Source of the DNA: an uncultured delta proteobacterium
GTDB taxonomy: Bacteria; Myxococcota; Myxococcia; Myxococcales; Myxococcaceae
Assembly: GCA_963713045.1 (NCBI GenBank)
Contig: CAVQKE010000007.1
Span: forward strand, 416,001 to 480,000
Length of the DNA: 64,000 nucleotides
Direction of reading: 5' to 3'
In this document: positions 41,191 through 52,195 of the stretch, one piece after another
Numbering within the stretch: position 1 is the stretch's first letter
Layout: each line of letters starts with the position of its first letter
The notes under the pieces: model-generated
Seen by the model: the letters and a program-made list of their open reading frames with translations, nothing else
The model's database searches: none
Told to the model about the DNA's origin: nothing
Position numbers and translations under genes: made by a program

Positions 41191-42975
41191 TCAAAGGGCG
41201 CAGCCCGCAGCGTCGCCGTGCAGCACTTGGGTACGGCCTGCAGGCGGGGCCACCAGCGGCTCCCCCCGACGACTGAGGTCCGCCGCCAAGGCGTCCCTCA
41301 GGTTGACCGGCCGCCGGTCGCCCAAGTCTCGCCGCTCGGAAGGCAGCGCTTCCATGAAGTGCTGGAGCCCGTCGCCACCCCGCGCGAGGTAATCCGGCAA
41401 GACCACCCGGTAGAGGCGTCCGTCCTGAAGCGCCGTCCCGTCTGAAAGCGACACACGGATGACTTGCAGCCCACTCGGGCAGGCAGCCACGGCGATCTTC
41501 AGCCCGGACTGCTGGGGCACCCGTCCGTGGTTGAGAATGGCGTTGAGGAGTGCCTTGAGCTCGGCCGCCGTCAGTTGGAGCGTGGCCACGGCGTTGTCAA
41601 AGGGAAACGTCTCGTAGAGGTGCCCATACGTCAGCGGGCCTGACACCAGGTCAGCCCGGAGCCCTCCCGAGTTGAGGAGCCCGACGTCCGCGCCCTCCAT
41701 GCGCCGCAGCGCATCGGCGGTCGCGCTGCCCAGGGGAGTTTCGCCGTTCCCCCCTCGGTGCAGCGTCACCGGCACTTCAATGCCCAGCGGCTGTGCTTGC
41801 ACTTGGGCCACCGCCGCCAGGGCCGGGGCGAGCCGCTGGACCATCGCGGCGTCGGGGTGCAGGGGCTGGCCGTGGAATGCCGCAGCGACCAGTGGCTTGC
41901 CCTTGGCAAGGACGCCCGCATCGCAGCGGTGCGTGCCCTCCACCACCTGCTCGCACAAGGCCACTTCGGCCTCGATGCGTGTCGCGGAAACAAGCGGCCG
42001 CCGGGTGCTTGGGTCCAACTCAAGGGTAATGAGGCCGAAGCTCCGTCCCAGGGCCGACGTTTCGATAACGGGAGTCCCGTTGACGAAGTGCCCCAGCGGG
42101 CGGTGTGTGTGGCCTGCCACCACGGCATCCACCGTCCCGCGGGGAAGCTGGTTGAGGAGAGCAAAAATCTCCTCGCCTGCATTGCATGTCGACACGTCGA
42201 GCGGGTTTCGCCAGTCCTCGCAGGAACCACCAGCGTGGGCCACCACCACCACCAGCTGGGCGCCTTGCTCCCGGAGGTGCGCCGCTTGCGTCTTGACCAC
42301 TGGGACCAGCGGCAGAAAGCGCAAGCCGGCAACGTTGATCGGGTTGGTGAGGTTGGGAGTGTCCACCGTTGTGAGGCCAATGATGCCCACTCGGATGCCG
42401 CCGACGTCGCGCATGGCCGTTCCTCGAAGCCAGGCGGGGGGCGCCCCGGTGGATGCCTCGACAATGTTTGCCGCGAGGAAGGGAAACCGTGCCTGGGCGA
42501 CGCGTGCCTTGAGAGCGCCCACCGGGTCATCTCCCGGCGCTGTTGGAACGGCCGCCGGTCCAACTGGGCCGTAGTCAAACTCGTGGTTGCCGACCGCGAC
42601 GGCATCCACGCCGAGGGCGTTGAAGGCGTCGACCATCACTGCCCCCTCGCTCAGGTTGGAGACCAGGGTGCCCTGGAAGACGTCCCCCGCATCCAACACC
42701 AGCAGTTGGCCACCGGTTTCCGCCCGCAGCTGTTTCAGCACCGATGCGTAGAGCGCCAATCCGCCCTCGTCCACGGTTGAGCCGTCGGGCATCCGGACCT
42801 GGTGTGGCTGCGCCCAGCCGTGCCAGTCGTTGGTGCCGACAATCGTCAGTCGTAGCGCTGGTGCAGGCCCCGGGGGCGTGACCGCGACGGTCGGAGCCCC
42901 ACAGGCCAGAAGTGAAGCGGCGACAAAGAGGCCTGCGACGCGAGAAGGCACCTGGGATGCGAGAAGCGTTACCAC
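41191..42975 (-). CDS. 5'-nucleotidase / UDP-sugar hydrolase family lipoprotein
   Basis: TNDWHG, LDAGD.FQG, GNHEFD, GHTH, NSGGLR and PFDN motifs. Confidence 0.93.
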   Translation of the reverse strand: MVTLLASQVPSRVAGLFVAASLLACGAPTVAVTPPGPAPALRLTIVGTNDWHGWAQPHQVRMPDGSTVDEGGLALYASVLKQLRAETGGQLLVLDAGDVFQGTLVSNLSEGAVMVDAFNALGVDAVAVGNHEFDYGPVGPAAVPTAPGDDPVGALKARVAQARFPFLAANIVEASTGAPPAWLRGTAMRDVGGIRVGIIGLTTVDTPNLTNPINVAGLRFLPLVPVVKTQAAHLREQGAQLVVVVAHAGGSCEDWRNPLDVSTCNAGEEIFALLNQLPRGTVDAVVAGHTHRPLGHFVNGTPVIETSALGRSFGLITLELDPSTRRPLVSATRIEAEVALCEQVVEGTHRCDAGVLAKGKPLVAAAFHGQPLHPDAAMVQRLAPALAAVAQVQAQPLGIEVPVTLHRGGNGETPLGSATADALRRMEGADVGLLNSGGLRADLVSGPLTYGHLYETFPFDNAVATLQLTAAELKALLNAILNHGRVPQQSGLKIAVAACPSGLQVIRVSLSDGTALQDGRLYRVVLPDYLARGGDGLQHFMEALPSERRDLGDRRPVNLRDALAADLSRRGEPLVAPPAGRTQVLHGDAAGCAL

Positions 42976-42992
42976 GGCCCGCAGGCCGCCCG

Positions 42993-44186
42993 CTACCGGC
43001 GGCGGCGCCGTGCCAGGAGGGGAAGCAGCAAGGCAAGCAGCGCGGGTGCGCTCCCCGCCGTCGAACAGTTGCAGCTATTCGCGGTCCCGGTCAGCTGCCC
43101 GGGCCCTGGTGGGATGATGGGAATGGTGGGAATGCCACCGGCGTCGAATCCTCCCGATGAACCTCCATCGACGTTGGGAAAGAGATTCTGCTCCACAAAA
43201 TGCAGCCAGGGGTTGGGGCCCGCATCGAACGTGGAAAAGGCGTCTTCCGTCACCAGGGTGAGTGTCGTTGACGAACCCGCCGACGCGGCGGAGACGGGGA
43301 AGGTTTGTCTCCCGGACGTAGCCTTGACGGAAGCTTGGCCGAGGACGATGCCGCTCGCGGTCGTCGTCCCGCCATCATTGGACAGCGCGTACACACCCCC
43401 CGCCCCAGCGCCCGCGAGGATGTAGGGTTGAGTCCAGGAAATGACTTCCACGTCGGTGTACCCCCCGTCGTTGAGGTCCGAGTAAAGGGTCAGTGTGCCA
43501 CCGGCGCTGACGTAGGTTTTGGGGACAGTCCAAATGTTCGAGTTGCCGTCGCTGATGTAGAGATAGCCCTCGGGGTAGGGAGCGTCATCCGGGCTCAGTC
43601 CCAACACTTGGCCGGTTGCGAGGGACCTGAAGAGCGGCACGCCCATCGGAGTCAACCCGGTGCCGCTGCCATTGGGGATGAAGTCCTGTTCGTAGAGGGT
43701 CGCCGGGGTCCCTCCGGTCGCGAAGTAGACGCGAAGTGTCGGCGGCGTGGTCGTGGTCGCGTCGACGGCCATCGCTGTCGGGACGAGGGCACCGCTCGTC
43801 AGGGCCGGGGTCTGAGCAACAAACCCGCCGCTTGCGGTCCAAAGAAACGCGTCAACGCACGGCGACAGCGAGCAAGCGGCGCCGAGGTCGGCAGCAAAGA
43901 CGAGGGTGGTCGGTGAAGTGCCGAGCGTGTACTGGTCAGCAACCGCGAATGTCGAGAATTGCCCGGGCTGGTTGTTGGTGAAGGCGCCAGACATGCCGAA
44001 GACTTCCAGGTCTTGACCGGCATTGGCCATTCCAAATTCCGCACCACCGGAGGTCACAACGTAAGCGGTCGTCAAGCCGGTGCCGCCATCCAGCGCCACG
44101 CTCGTGGTTGCCTGAACTACTGCTTGGGCACCCGCCGACGTGGCCCACAGCCCGCAAAGAAGAGGAAGCAGTCGACGTACCGTCAT
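42993..44186 (-). CDS. MYXO-CTERM sorted surface protein (beta-rich, possibly phytase-like propeller)
   Basis: Signal peptide; C-terminal SCNCS followed by a hydrophobic helix and RRRRR. Confidence 0.8.
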   Translation of the reverse strand: MTVRRLLPLLCGLWATSAGAQAVVQATTSVALDGGTGLTTAYVVTSGGAEFGMANAGQDLEVFGMSGAFTNNQPGQFSTFAVADQYTLGTSPTTLVFAADLGAACSLSPCVDAFLWTASGGFVAQTPALTSGALVPTAMAVDATTTTPPTLRVYFATGGTPATLYEQDFIPNGSGTGLTPMGVPLFRSLATGQVLGLSPDDAPYPEGYLYISDGNSNIWTVPKTYVSAGGTLTLYSDLNDGGYTDVEVISWTQPYILAGAGAGGVYALSNDGGTTTASGIVLGQASVKATSGRQTFPVSAASAGSSTTLTLVTEDAFSTFDAGPNPWLHFVEQNLFPNVDGGSSGGFDAGGIPTIPIIPPGPGQLTGTANSCNCSTAGSAPALLALLLPLLARRRRR

Positions 44187-44288
44187 CGGTCACAGGCTAC
44201 CAGTGGCTCCGGACCCCTCCAAATTGCCGTCGCCCGGGTTGCCAGACACACGGCCAACGCCATCTGCCCACACCCCCTCCAGCAGAGG

Positions 44289-45380
44289 CTACCGGCCGGA
44301 GACCGCCCGGTAGACCTCGTCGAGGTGCTCAGCCACATGGGCCCATCGAAAGCGTGCCGCGTGCCGCCGACCTGCCTCGGCGCGGGCTTGCCTCTCGTCG
44401 GGAGATTCGAGGAGGCGCCGGAGCACGTTCGCCAGCCCCCCCGCGTCGTCAGGGCTGACCTGGACGGCTGCTGTGCCACACACCTCCGGCAAGGCCCCGG
44501 CCGTGCTCACCACCGCCGGCGTGCCCAACGCCATCGCCTCGAGAGGGGGAAGTCCAAAGCCCTCGCCACGCGACGGGAAGACGAAGACGGTCGCGCGCTG
44601 CAGGAGGGCATGCAGCAACGGCTCCGGCTGAAACCCCAAGAGGCGAATGTCATAGCCGGTCTTGCGCATGTCGCGAATGCGCCGCTCGACCGGGCCTGAG
44701 CCGTACCAGCGTTGCCCGACCAAAAGGAATGGCACCGTTCGCCAGGGGCGTAGCCGCTCCAGCGCGTCGAGGACCAGACCAACATTCTTCCGTGCGTCGA
44801 GTGCGCCGACGTAGAGGAGGAACTCTGCCGGCAGCCCCAACGTCTCGAGAAAGGCGCGGCTGGTGGCGTCAAGCACCGGGGCACGCACGTGGTCGACGCC
44901 CAGGTGCGCGACGCTAACCTGCGCCTCGCCGAACCAGTCGAAGCGGGCTAGAAGCGCCTCGCGCGTCGTGGCGCTGTCGCACACGACATGGTCGACGACG
45001 CGGAGACTGCGTTCGAGCCAGAGGCGAAACTGCCAACGAAACCTTAAGGACACCGTCTCCGGAAGTTCGAGCGGAATGAGGTCGTGAACGGTCAGGACGT
45101 AGGCCGTCCCAGGAAACCGCCGCAGTGGCAAATTGAAGTTGGCGACGGCGTGAAACACCGGCGGCCGAAGCTTCGCCAACGTGCGCGGCAGCTCGGCCAA
45201 GGTGTAGAGGCTGTAGCCCTTCAGTCGACGCGGGTATTCGCCCGAGGTGCGCGCCCCAAGTCTCACCACTGGCACGCCGCGCTTCCCCAGCGCCTCAGCG
45301 ACCTGCCGAGTGTACAGTCCGATGCCGGTGGTGGGTTCGTCCCAGAGCGTTGCGTCCAAGGCAACCGTGGGGGGTGTCAC
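44289..45380 (-). CDS. Glycosyltransferase family 4
   Basis: TGIG.Y, TVHDLIP, RKN and FPS.GEGFGLPPLEAMA.G.P motifs; GTG at 45380 overlaps the upstream stop (GTGA). Confidence 0.92.
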   Translation of the reverse strand: MTPPTVALDATLWDEPTTGIGLYTRQVAEALGKRGVPVVRLGARTSGEYPRRLKGYSLYTLAELPRTLAKLRPPVFHAVANFNLPLRRFPGTAYVLTVHDLIPLELPETVSLRFRWQFRLWLERSLRVVDHVVCDSATTREALLARFDWFGEAQVSVAHLGVDHVRAPVLDATSRAFLETLGLPAEFLLYVGALDARKNVGLVLDALERLRPWRTVPFLLVGQRWYGSGPVERRIRDMRKTGYDIRLLGFQPEPLLHALLQRATVFVFPSRGEGFGLPPLEAMALGTPAVVSTAGALPEVCGTAAVQVSPDDAGGLANVLRRLLESPDERQARAEAGRRHAARFRWAHVAEHLDEVYRAVSGR

Positions 45381-47654
45381 GCCCAAGGCCACACCACCCG
45401 CGGTGGCCACGCAGGACGCGGAACAAAGGAGTCCAACGCGAGGTTGGGGTTGTAGTACGGGTCACGCTCGATGAGCGCCGCCCAGCGCTTTCTCATCACC
45501 GCGTCTTCCTGCAAATAGCGTCGGCGGTCTGCTCGACCCTCGTCATCTCCGCGCGAAGCGGACTCTTGGTGGTAAAGCTCTGCGTAAGGAGTCCAGAGGT
45601 TGCGGTAGCCCGCGCGCAGCAGCTTGAAGCAGAGGTCGATGTCGTTGAAGGCAACTGAAAGTTCAGTCTCGTCGAGGCCGCCAACCTCGAGGAAACGGTC
45701 CCGTCGTAGCACCATACAGGCGGCTGTGACCGCCGCCACCTCACGCGTTGTTTTGAGCTGAAGCAAATAGCCGGGCGACTGTCGCTTCTCACGTAGGTAG
45801 GCGTGCGATGCGACTCCGAAGAGTCCCGCAGACCATTCCGGCGTGCTGGATGGTGTTGTTGGGGTACAGAAGTTTCGCCCCCACCGCCCCGATGCCAGGT
45901 TGAAGCGCCAGGCCAACCATCTCCGTGAGCCAACCCGGGTCAATCGCTTCGACGTCGTTGTTGAGAAGGCACAGCAACGCGCCGTGGGCTTCGCGCGCCG
46001 CAAGGTTGTTCATCGCCGAGTAGTTGAAGGGGTGTGGATAGCGCAACACCCGCGCGACATCGTCCGCCTCTAGCGCCGCAAGAAAGCCGACGGCGCCGCG
46101 TTCGCGGCTGTCATTGTCGACCACCAAGAGTTCTAAGGGACGGTAGGTCGTCACCTCCCGTACGCTTTGGACGCAGCGCTTGAGGAGGCGGAGATTGTCT
46201 CGCGTGGGAATCACCACGGTGACGAGCGGCTGTGGACTCGGGACGGCATAGCGGATGCGGTACGTCCCGAGCTGCGTGCCTGGCTCTGCGGTGGCCGCCG
46301 TACGCACCCGGTCGAGACTCGCTTGTATGACCCTGACGCCTTCGCGTACCTCGGCGGCTGTCGGCGCTGGCTCAGGAGGCGAGTGCAGGAGAACAGCCGG
46401 CACATGGGAGATGCGTTCTACCGGAAGGTCGCTCGTATACCGGAGGAGCAATTCGTGGTGAGAAACCTCTCCATCACGGCTGCGCCATCCGCCCAAGGCG
46501 CGCACGCCTTCGGTGAGAAAAAACGCTGCCCGTCCGATGTAGTCCTGTGCTTGGAGCCAAGCTGGACTCCAGTCCGGCTTGAAAGACGGGGCTGCGGAGT
46601 CGGTGGCGTCGCCCGAGTCTGAGTCCGCGTAGAGCAGAGCGAGGTTCGGCACCCGGTTAAACTCCTCGGCGACGACGAAGAGCGCCTGGGGGGCCAACGC
46701 ATCCCCGGGCACGAGGCGCGCGACGACTTCACCACGGGCAGTTGCCAGCGGGTCCATCCCCGAGGCCCAGCGAATCTGCGACGCAACGACGCTCCGTGCG
46801 AACACGCTGCGGAGTTCGTCCGAGATGGTTTCCTCGGCGACGCAGAGTTCCCAGTTGGGATAGACCTGATGCTCCAACGCCTCCACCGTGCGTCGAAGCC
46901 GAGCCTCGGAGACTTGGTCGGAGGTGAGTAGAAGTGAAATCGTCGGACGGAACCTAAAGGCTTCGAGCCTCGCACGTAGCTGGTTGAGCTGCGCTTCGCT
47001 GAGCGCTCCATAGCGCCTGGCCCAACCCGCGTAGCCCTCGTCGAGCAGCTGCTCTTGGGTGCCTCGGCGCAGCCGGTCGACGACGCCGCGCGTCCCGCGC
47101 TGGCGAAGCAGTCGAATGGCCCGCCCCAGAAGCAACGCGAATCGGGCCGGTTCACGCAGCAGACGTCGCACCTGCGGGACAGCGTGCGCAACCATGGCTG
47201 CGACCGCCGTCAACTCAATCGCGCCCAGGGCACCCAAGCGGAATGTCGTCATCGAGCCGGGATGAAGTCCCAGCGCAACTGTGTCTTCCGGCAACGTCAC
47301 CAGCGCTGCGATGACGCCGGCTTCAGGCGCTGGGAGAGGAACCTGTTTCGCTTGAGCGAAGCCGGCACCGGTGTCGAGGAGCAAGGTGAAAGGCGATGGT
47401 GACTCGGTGGTCGAGACTTGCATCTCGAACCGAACGTCACCGATTGGGGCGCGTTGGTCTTTCTCCAGGACCAGCCCAATCAGCGGACGGGGGCCGCTGA
47501 CCTGCCAGCTGCCGTCCAGGAGTCGTTTCACGTCCTGACGAGCTCTCGGCTCGAAGCGGCAGACGCGCCCAGTCAACCAGCTCGTCCGGCCGTCCTTAGA
47601 CCCGCGCGGTCCTCCAGGGTCGACTTCACGCTCGTCTCGAATTCTGCTTCGCAT
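45377..47654 (-). pseudogene. Large GT2 glycosyltransferase (O-antigen type) split by a one-base frameshift near 45826; could be a sequencing error
   Basis: Frame 1 (to ...LLYPNNTIQHAGMV) continues in another frame as GLFGVASHAY...AVTAAC...AFNDIDLC...HQESASRG...DPYYNPNL. The stop at 45377 is coupled to GT4. Confidence 0.8.
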
Positions 47655-47801
47655 CTCTCTTTGGGAGTCGTCCGACCTGGAGGGAACAAGGTTTTCACGC
47701 TGAAGAGAGGCCTCCTCGGCTGAATAGGAAGGCGCCTCTCGTGCAACTCATTTACCTCCAGGTGCATCGGTGCATTGTTTCCCGTATGAAGCCGGGCATC
47801 G

Positions 47802-48581
47802 ATGATTCAAAACCTCCGAGAACTTTGGCAGTACCGCGCGCTGCTTTGGAACCTGACTCAGCGCGAGCTGAAGGCTCGCTACCGGGGCTCGGCGCTCGGG
47901 TTCCTGTGGACCTTTCTCAATCCAATGCTCCTGATGGCGGTCTATGGGTTGGTGTTTGGCGTCATCACGCGCAATAAAATCGAGCACTACACCTACTATG
48001 TTTTCATCGGCCTTCTGCCCTGGATTTGGTTCTCGTCTAGCGTGGGTACTGGGGCAAGCGCCATCAGCGATCGCCGCGACCTCCTCACCAAAGTCCGCTT
48101 CCCGGCCCAGGTCCTTCCAGCGACGGTGGTGGCGACCAATCTCGCAAATTACCTCCTCACGATGCCGTTGATCTTCGTGCTCGGTGGCCTGGTAGGAGTT
48201 TGGCCGACGTGGCACGTGGTGATGTTGCCGGCGGTGCTCTTCGTTCAGCTGGTCTTCACCCTCGGCGTGTCGTTCCTGGTGTCAGCACTGAATGTTGCGT
48301 TTCGAGACCTGCAGCAGATTATGACCAATTTCCTGACGCTCTGGTTTTTCGTTACCCCAATACTTTACCGACCGGACGATGTTCCGGAGTCCTTCCGTAG
48401 GTTCTATCTGATCGCCAACCCCATGTCGGTGATTATCACCTCCTACCAATACATCTTCTATGAGCACCGGCTTCCTCATTGGCGCGCGCTCACAGGGGTG
48501 ATGCTCGGCTCCATCCTACTTCTCTGGCTTGCGTCCCGCGTCTTCGAGCAACGCCGGGAAGAGTTTGCGGAATTGGTCTGA
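47802..48581 (+). CDS. wzm: ABC-2 polysaccharide export permease Wzm
   Basis: RELKARYRGS.LG.LW..LNP, FRDL.Q and TPI.Y motifs; multiple TM helices. Confidence 0.95.
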   Translation: MIQNLRELWQYRALLWNLTQRELKARYRGSALGFLWTFLNPMLLMAVYGLVFGVITRNKIEHYTYYVFIGLLPWIWFSSSVGTGASAISDRRDLLTKVRFPAQVLPATVVATNLANYLLTMPLIFVLGGLVGVWPTWHVVMLPAVLFVQLVFTLGVSFLVSALNVAFRDLQQIMTNFLTLWFFVTPILYRPDDVPESFRRFYLIANPMSVIITSYQYIFYEHRLPHWRALTGVMLGSILLLWLASRVFEQRREEFAELV

Positions 48582-48585
48582 AACG

Positions 48586-49872
48586 ATGGATGCGATTGTC
48601 CTTCGGAACGTCAGCAAGGAGTTCCGCAAGCAAACTGTGCGACGGGAGTACACGACGCTGAAGTCCGAGCTGGTCGCTTTTCTTAAGCGCACCCCGGAGG
48701 TTCAGGAGCCCATTGCGGTCACAACAGCCCTTCGTGACGTCTCATTGACTGTCCCCCGGGGACGAACGGTTGGGTTGGTGGGTCGAAATGGGTCGGGCAA
48801 GAGCACTCTTCTGAAGCTGGTAACAGGAATCTATCGGCCGACCAAGGGCAGCGTCGAAGTCAACGGTCGAATCTCTGCGCTCCTCGAGCTCGGGGCCGGG
48901 TTCCACCCGGACTTCACCGGGCGCGAGAACATCGTCGTCAATGCCATCATTCTCGGCATGTCGCGTCGGGAGATCCGGCAGCGGATGGAGGAGATCGTCG
49001 CGTTCAGCGAACTTGGGGACTTCATCGATCAGCCGGTGCGCACCTACTCGAGCGGAATGTACGCTCGGCTGGCGTTCAGCGTCGCCACGCATGTCGACCC
49101 GGAACTTCTTATCATCGACGAGATTCTATCCGTCGGGGATGAGCACTTTTCGCGCAAGAGCACAGCGAAGATGACTGAGTTTCGTCGGGCCGGGAAGACC
49201 ATCCTCCTGGTGACCCACGACATGGAAACCCTTCAACGCCGCTGCGACGAGGCCGCATGGCTCGACGCGGGCACCCTGAAGGCCTATGGGGACCCAGCCT
49301 TTGTAGTTTCCGAATACCGGAAGGCAGTGGCCGAAGCTGAGGTTCAGGCCGAGATGACGCCCGGCGCAGTTCAGCCGGCGCAACTGCATCCTCAGGGTCG
49401 CCAGCCGCGCCGAGGGCCGCCCGCTGAAGCTGGCCGCCGTTGGGGCACCTTCGAAGCGGAAGTGGCGGCCGTACGCGTGCAAATGTCAGACGGCGTCGAA
49501 CACGCCGTTTTTGACGCAGAGGATGCCCTCGAGACGGTGATCGACGTTGAAGCCGACCCATCGCTTTCCGGGCTGGGCGTGGAGGTATCGCTCGTCTCCC
49601 AGGATGGAACCCTACTCTGGCGCGACAGCCACGCCATCGCCTCCGCCCCCGCGGCTACGGCGAGGCTGAATTTGAGTCGCCTTGGCCTCGCCGACGGTAA
49701 CTACCGCCTCGACGTCGCTGTCTTCGCTGAATCCGGACGGGTGTGCTGTGATTTTCAAAAGGGCTTGCACGGCTTCGCAATTCGGAGTGCCAAGCCCAGC
49801 TCCGGCCTGTTGAAGCCGGTACACCATTGGACCGTTCACCCCGAGTTGGAGGAGCCGGGTCAGGGCCTGTAG
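48586..49872 (+). CDS. wzt: Polysaccharide export ATPase Wzt with a C-terminal carbohydrate-binding (Wzt_C) domain
   Basis: GRNGSGKST, YSSGM.ARLAF, IIDE.L.VGD; ~170-aa C-terminal extension (RWGT.EAE..., L..G.Y.LDVA). Confidence 0.95.
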   Translation: MDAIVLRNVSKEFRKQTVRREYTTLKSELVAFLKRTPEVQEPIAVTTALRDVSLTVPRGRTVGLVGRNGSGKSTLLKLVTGIYRPTKGSVEVNGRISALLELGAGFHPDFTGRENIVVNAIILGMSRREIRQRMEEIVAFSELGDFIDQPVRTYSSGMYARLAFSVATHVDPELLIIDEILSVGDEHFSRKSTAKMTEFRRAGKTILLVTHDMETLQRRCDEAAWLDAGTLKAYGDPAFVVSEYRKAVAEAEVQAEMTPGAVQPAQLHPQGRQPRRGPPAEAGRRWGTFEAEVAAVRVQMSDGVEHAVFDAEDALETVIDVEADPSLSGLGVEVSLVSQDGTLLWRDSHAIASAPAATARLNLSRLGLADGNYRLDVAVFAESGRVCCDFQKGLHGFAIRSAKPSSGLLKPVHHWTVHPELEEPGQGL

Positions 49873-50411
49873 AGCGGCAGTACTGGTGCCTCGGCAAGAA
49901 GCGGCGCCCCAGCGTCCTTAGCAGACAGGATGGGAGCCCTGACAGGCCAGTGGATATTTAGAGCGGGGTCGTCCCATCGGAGACCGCGCTCCGACTCGGG
50001 CGAGTACGGGGCAGTGCATTTGTAAAAGAAGTCTGCGCTGTCCGTCAGGACGCAGAAGCCGTGTGCGAAGCCGGGCGGTATCCACAGCTGCCGGTGATTG
50101 TCAGCGCTCAGTTCCATGCCTACCCAACGACCGAATTGCGGCGAACCCCGGCGGACGTCGACCGCCACGTCCCAGACTGCACCGTTGAGCACCTGAACCA
50201 GCTTCCCCTGAGCGCCGGGCTCCTGGAAGTGCAGGCCGCGCAGTGTGTCCTGTACGGATCGCGACAGGTTGTCCTGGACGAAGGCATCGCGAATGCCGAC
50301 CCCAGCGTACCGGTCTGCATGAAAAGATTCGAAGAAGAAGCCTCGCGAATCGCCGAAGACCCGGGGTTCGATGAGCAGAACGCTTGGAAGTTCAGTGGGT
50401 GTTACCTTCAC
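49860..50411 (-). CDS. rmlC: dTDP-4-dehydrorhamnose 3,5-epimerase
   Basis: DSRGFF.E, QDN.S.S, LRGLHFQ, QGKLV, GFAHGF and YKC motifs. Confidence 0.97.
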   Translation of the reverse strand: MKVTPTELPSVLLIEPRVFGDSRGFFFESFHADRYAGVGIRDAFVQDNLSRSVQDTLRGLHFQEPGAQGKLVQVLNGAVWDVAVDVRRGSPQFGRWVGMELSADNHRQLWIPPGFAHGFCVLTDSADFFYKCTAPYSPESERGLRWDDPALNIHWPVRAPILSAKDAGAPLLAEAPVLPLYRP

Positions 50412-51289
50412 CTTCGAGCCCCTCCAGTGCGAAGCAGCTCAAGCAAATACTGGCCGTAACTATTGTTTTGCATCGGCCGCGCCAGCTCGGCGAGGCGCGA
50501 ACTGTCGATGTAGCCCATACGAAAGGCAATTTCCTCTAGGCACGCAACCTTCAGTCCTTGCCGACGCTCGACGATTTCGATGAAACTCGACGCACTCTGG
50601 AGCGCGTCGTGGGTGCCGGTGTCAAGCCAAGCGTAACCGCGGCCAAGAAGTTCGACCGTCAGCTGGCGGCGGTCGAGGTAGGCCAGGTTGACGTCGGTAA
50701 TTTCCAGTTCGCCGCGGGCGGAGGGCTTCAGCGCTGCGGCGATGTCCAGCACCTGGTTGTCGTAGAAGTAGAGCCCGGTGACGGCGTAGTTGCTCTTGGG
50801 ATGACTAGGCTTCTCCTCTAACGAAAGTGCCTCATTCCCAGGACCGAGTTCCACGACGCCGTAACGCTCCGGGTCACTGACGTAATAGCCGAATACAGTC
50901 GCTCCCTGCGCCCGGCCGGTTGCTCGCTGGAGACGCTCGCTCAGGCCGTCTCCGTAGAAGATGTTGTCACCCAGGATGAGGGCCACCCGGTCGGTGCCGA
51001 CGAAGACACGACCGATGAGAAAGGCCTGGGCTAGACCATCCGGGCGCGGCTGTGGGGCGTAGGAGAGCTGCATCCCCCATTGCTCTCCAGTTCCAAGAAG
51101 CTCCTCGAAGCGAGGTAGGTCTTGGGGAGTCGAGATAATCAAAATCTCCCGAATGCCTGCCAGCATCAGCGTGCTCAAGGGATAATAAATCATCGGCTTG
51201 TCGTAGACTGCGAGCAGCTGTTTGCTCACAACACGAGTGAGTGGGTAGAGCCGAGTGCCGGAGCCACCAGCGAGAATGATTCCTTTCAT
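50408..51289 (-). CDS. rmlA: Glucose-1-phosphate thymidylyltransferase
   Basis: [16 protein letters not shown]...[23 protein letters not shown] and WLDTGT motifs. Confidence 0.98.
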   Translation of the reverse strand: MKGIILAGGSGTRLYPLTRVVSKQLLAVYDKPMIYYPLSTLMLAGIREILIISTPQDLPRFEELLGTGEQWGMQLSYAPQPRPDGLAQAFLIGRVFVGTDRVALILGDNIFYGDGLSERLQRATGRAQGATVFGYYVSDPERYGVVELGPGNEALSLEEKPSHPKSNYAVTGLYFYDNQVLDIAAALKPSARGELEITDVNLAYLDRRQLTVELLGRGYAWLDTGTHDALQSASSFIEIVERRQGLKVACLEEIAFRMGYIDSSRLAELARPMQNNSYGQYLLELLRTGGARR

Positions 51290-52188
51290 CAGGTGGCTCC
51301 CTGGTCTGCCTCAACCTCGCGATGAAAACGGGCAAGCGCCGCTGACAAGTCGAGTGGCTGGTTTGCGAGTTGTGCTGTTGCCTTTGCGACAAGGAGGCCG
51401 CCTCGTTGAGGGCGCGGGCTCTTGAGCTTCGCCTCCGAGAGCTTTGAAGGAACGATCGACCTGGCGTCGAGTCCGAACTCAGCGCAAAGCGCTCGACCAA
51501 ACTGCAGGCGATTCACGACCGCCGCTCCGGAGACATTCCAAATCCCCTGATGCCGGTTCTCGGCTAACTCAACAAGCTGGTCGGCGACACTTGAAGCAAG
51601 GCTGGGCGAGACCGACTGATCCTCGAACAACCGAATCGGTTCACCTTTTCGAAGTGCGCCCAGAAGCCAACTGCCGAAGTTGGGCCGCCCCGCTGGCGGC
51701 CAACCGTAGACTACTGCGGTACGAGCAATGGTCCACGACCGGGCCAGTGCGCGCACGCCTTGCTCCCCGATGTGCTTGGTCAGCGCATAGACGCCGCGCG
51801 GGTTCGGAATGTCGTCTTCCGTATAGGGCCCCGCCTCGCCGTCGAAGACGTAATCTGTGGAGACATGGACGAGGTGCGCTCCGACGTCGGAACAGCAACT
51901 CGCTAGCACCCCCGGCGCAACGCCGTTGACCTTGAAGGCTTCGGAAGCAGCCGTTTCGCAGCCGTCGACATCGGTCATCGAACCAGGATTAATCACAATC
52001 TCCGGGTTTGCCGCTTTGACGGTCGCCACCAGCGCGGATTCGTCGGTGAGATCGACCGACCGGTAATCCCCTGCCGCTAGGCGCCGCGGCCCACGACCAA
52101 GGGCAACAACGGTGTGGCCACGTGCACCGAGGCGCGCGACAACCCGACTTCCGATTAGGCCGTTGGCTCCAGTGACCAGGATGTGCAT
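51289..52188 (-). CDS. rmlD: dTDP-4-dehydrorhamnose reductase
   Basis: [20 protein letters not shown] and Y..TK..GE motifs. Confidence 0.92.
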   Translation of the reverse strand: MHILVTGANGLIGSRVVARLGARGHTVVALGRGPRRLAAGDYRSVDLTDESALVATVKAANPEIVINPGSMTDVDGCETAASEAFKVNGVAPGVLASCCSDVGAHLVHVSTDYVFDGEAGPYTEDDIPNPRGVYALTKHIGEQGVRALARSWTIARTAVVYGWPPAGRPNFGSWLLGALRKGEPIRLFEDQSVSPSLASSVADQLVELAENRHQGIWNVSGAAVVNRLQFGRALCAEFGLDARSIVPSKLSEAKLKSPRPQRGGLLVAKATAQLANQPLDLSAALARFHREVEADQGAT

Positions 52189-52195
52189 CGCAGGG

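Noticed and set aside
49860..49872. 13-bp convergent overlap of wzt and rmlC
   Set aside because: Short 3' overlaps are common; no further signal.
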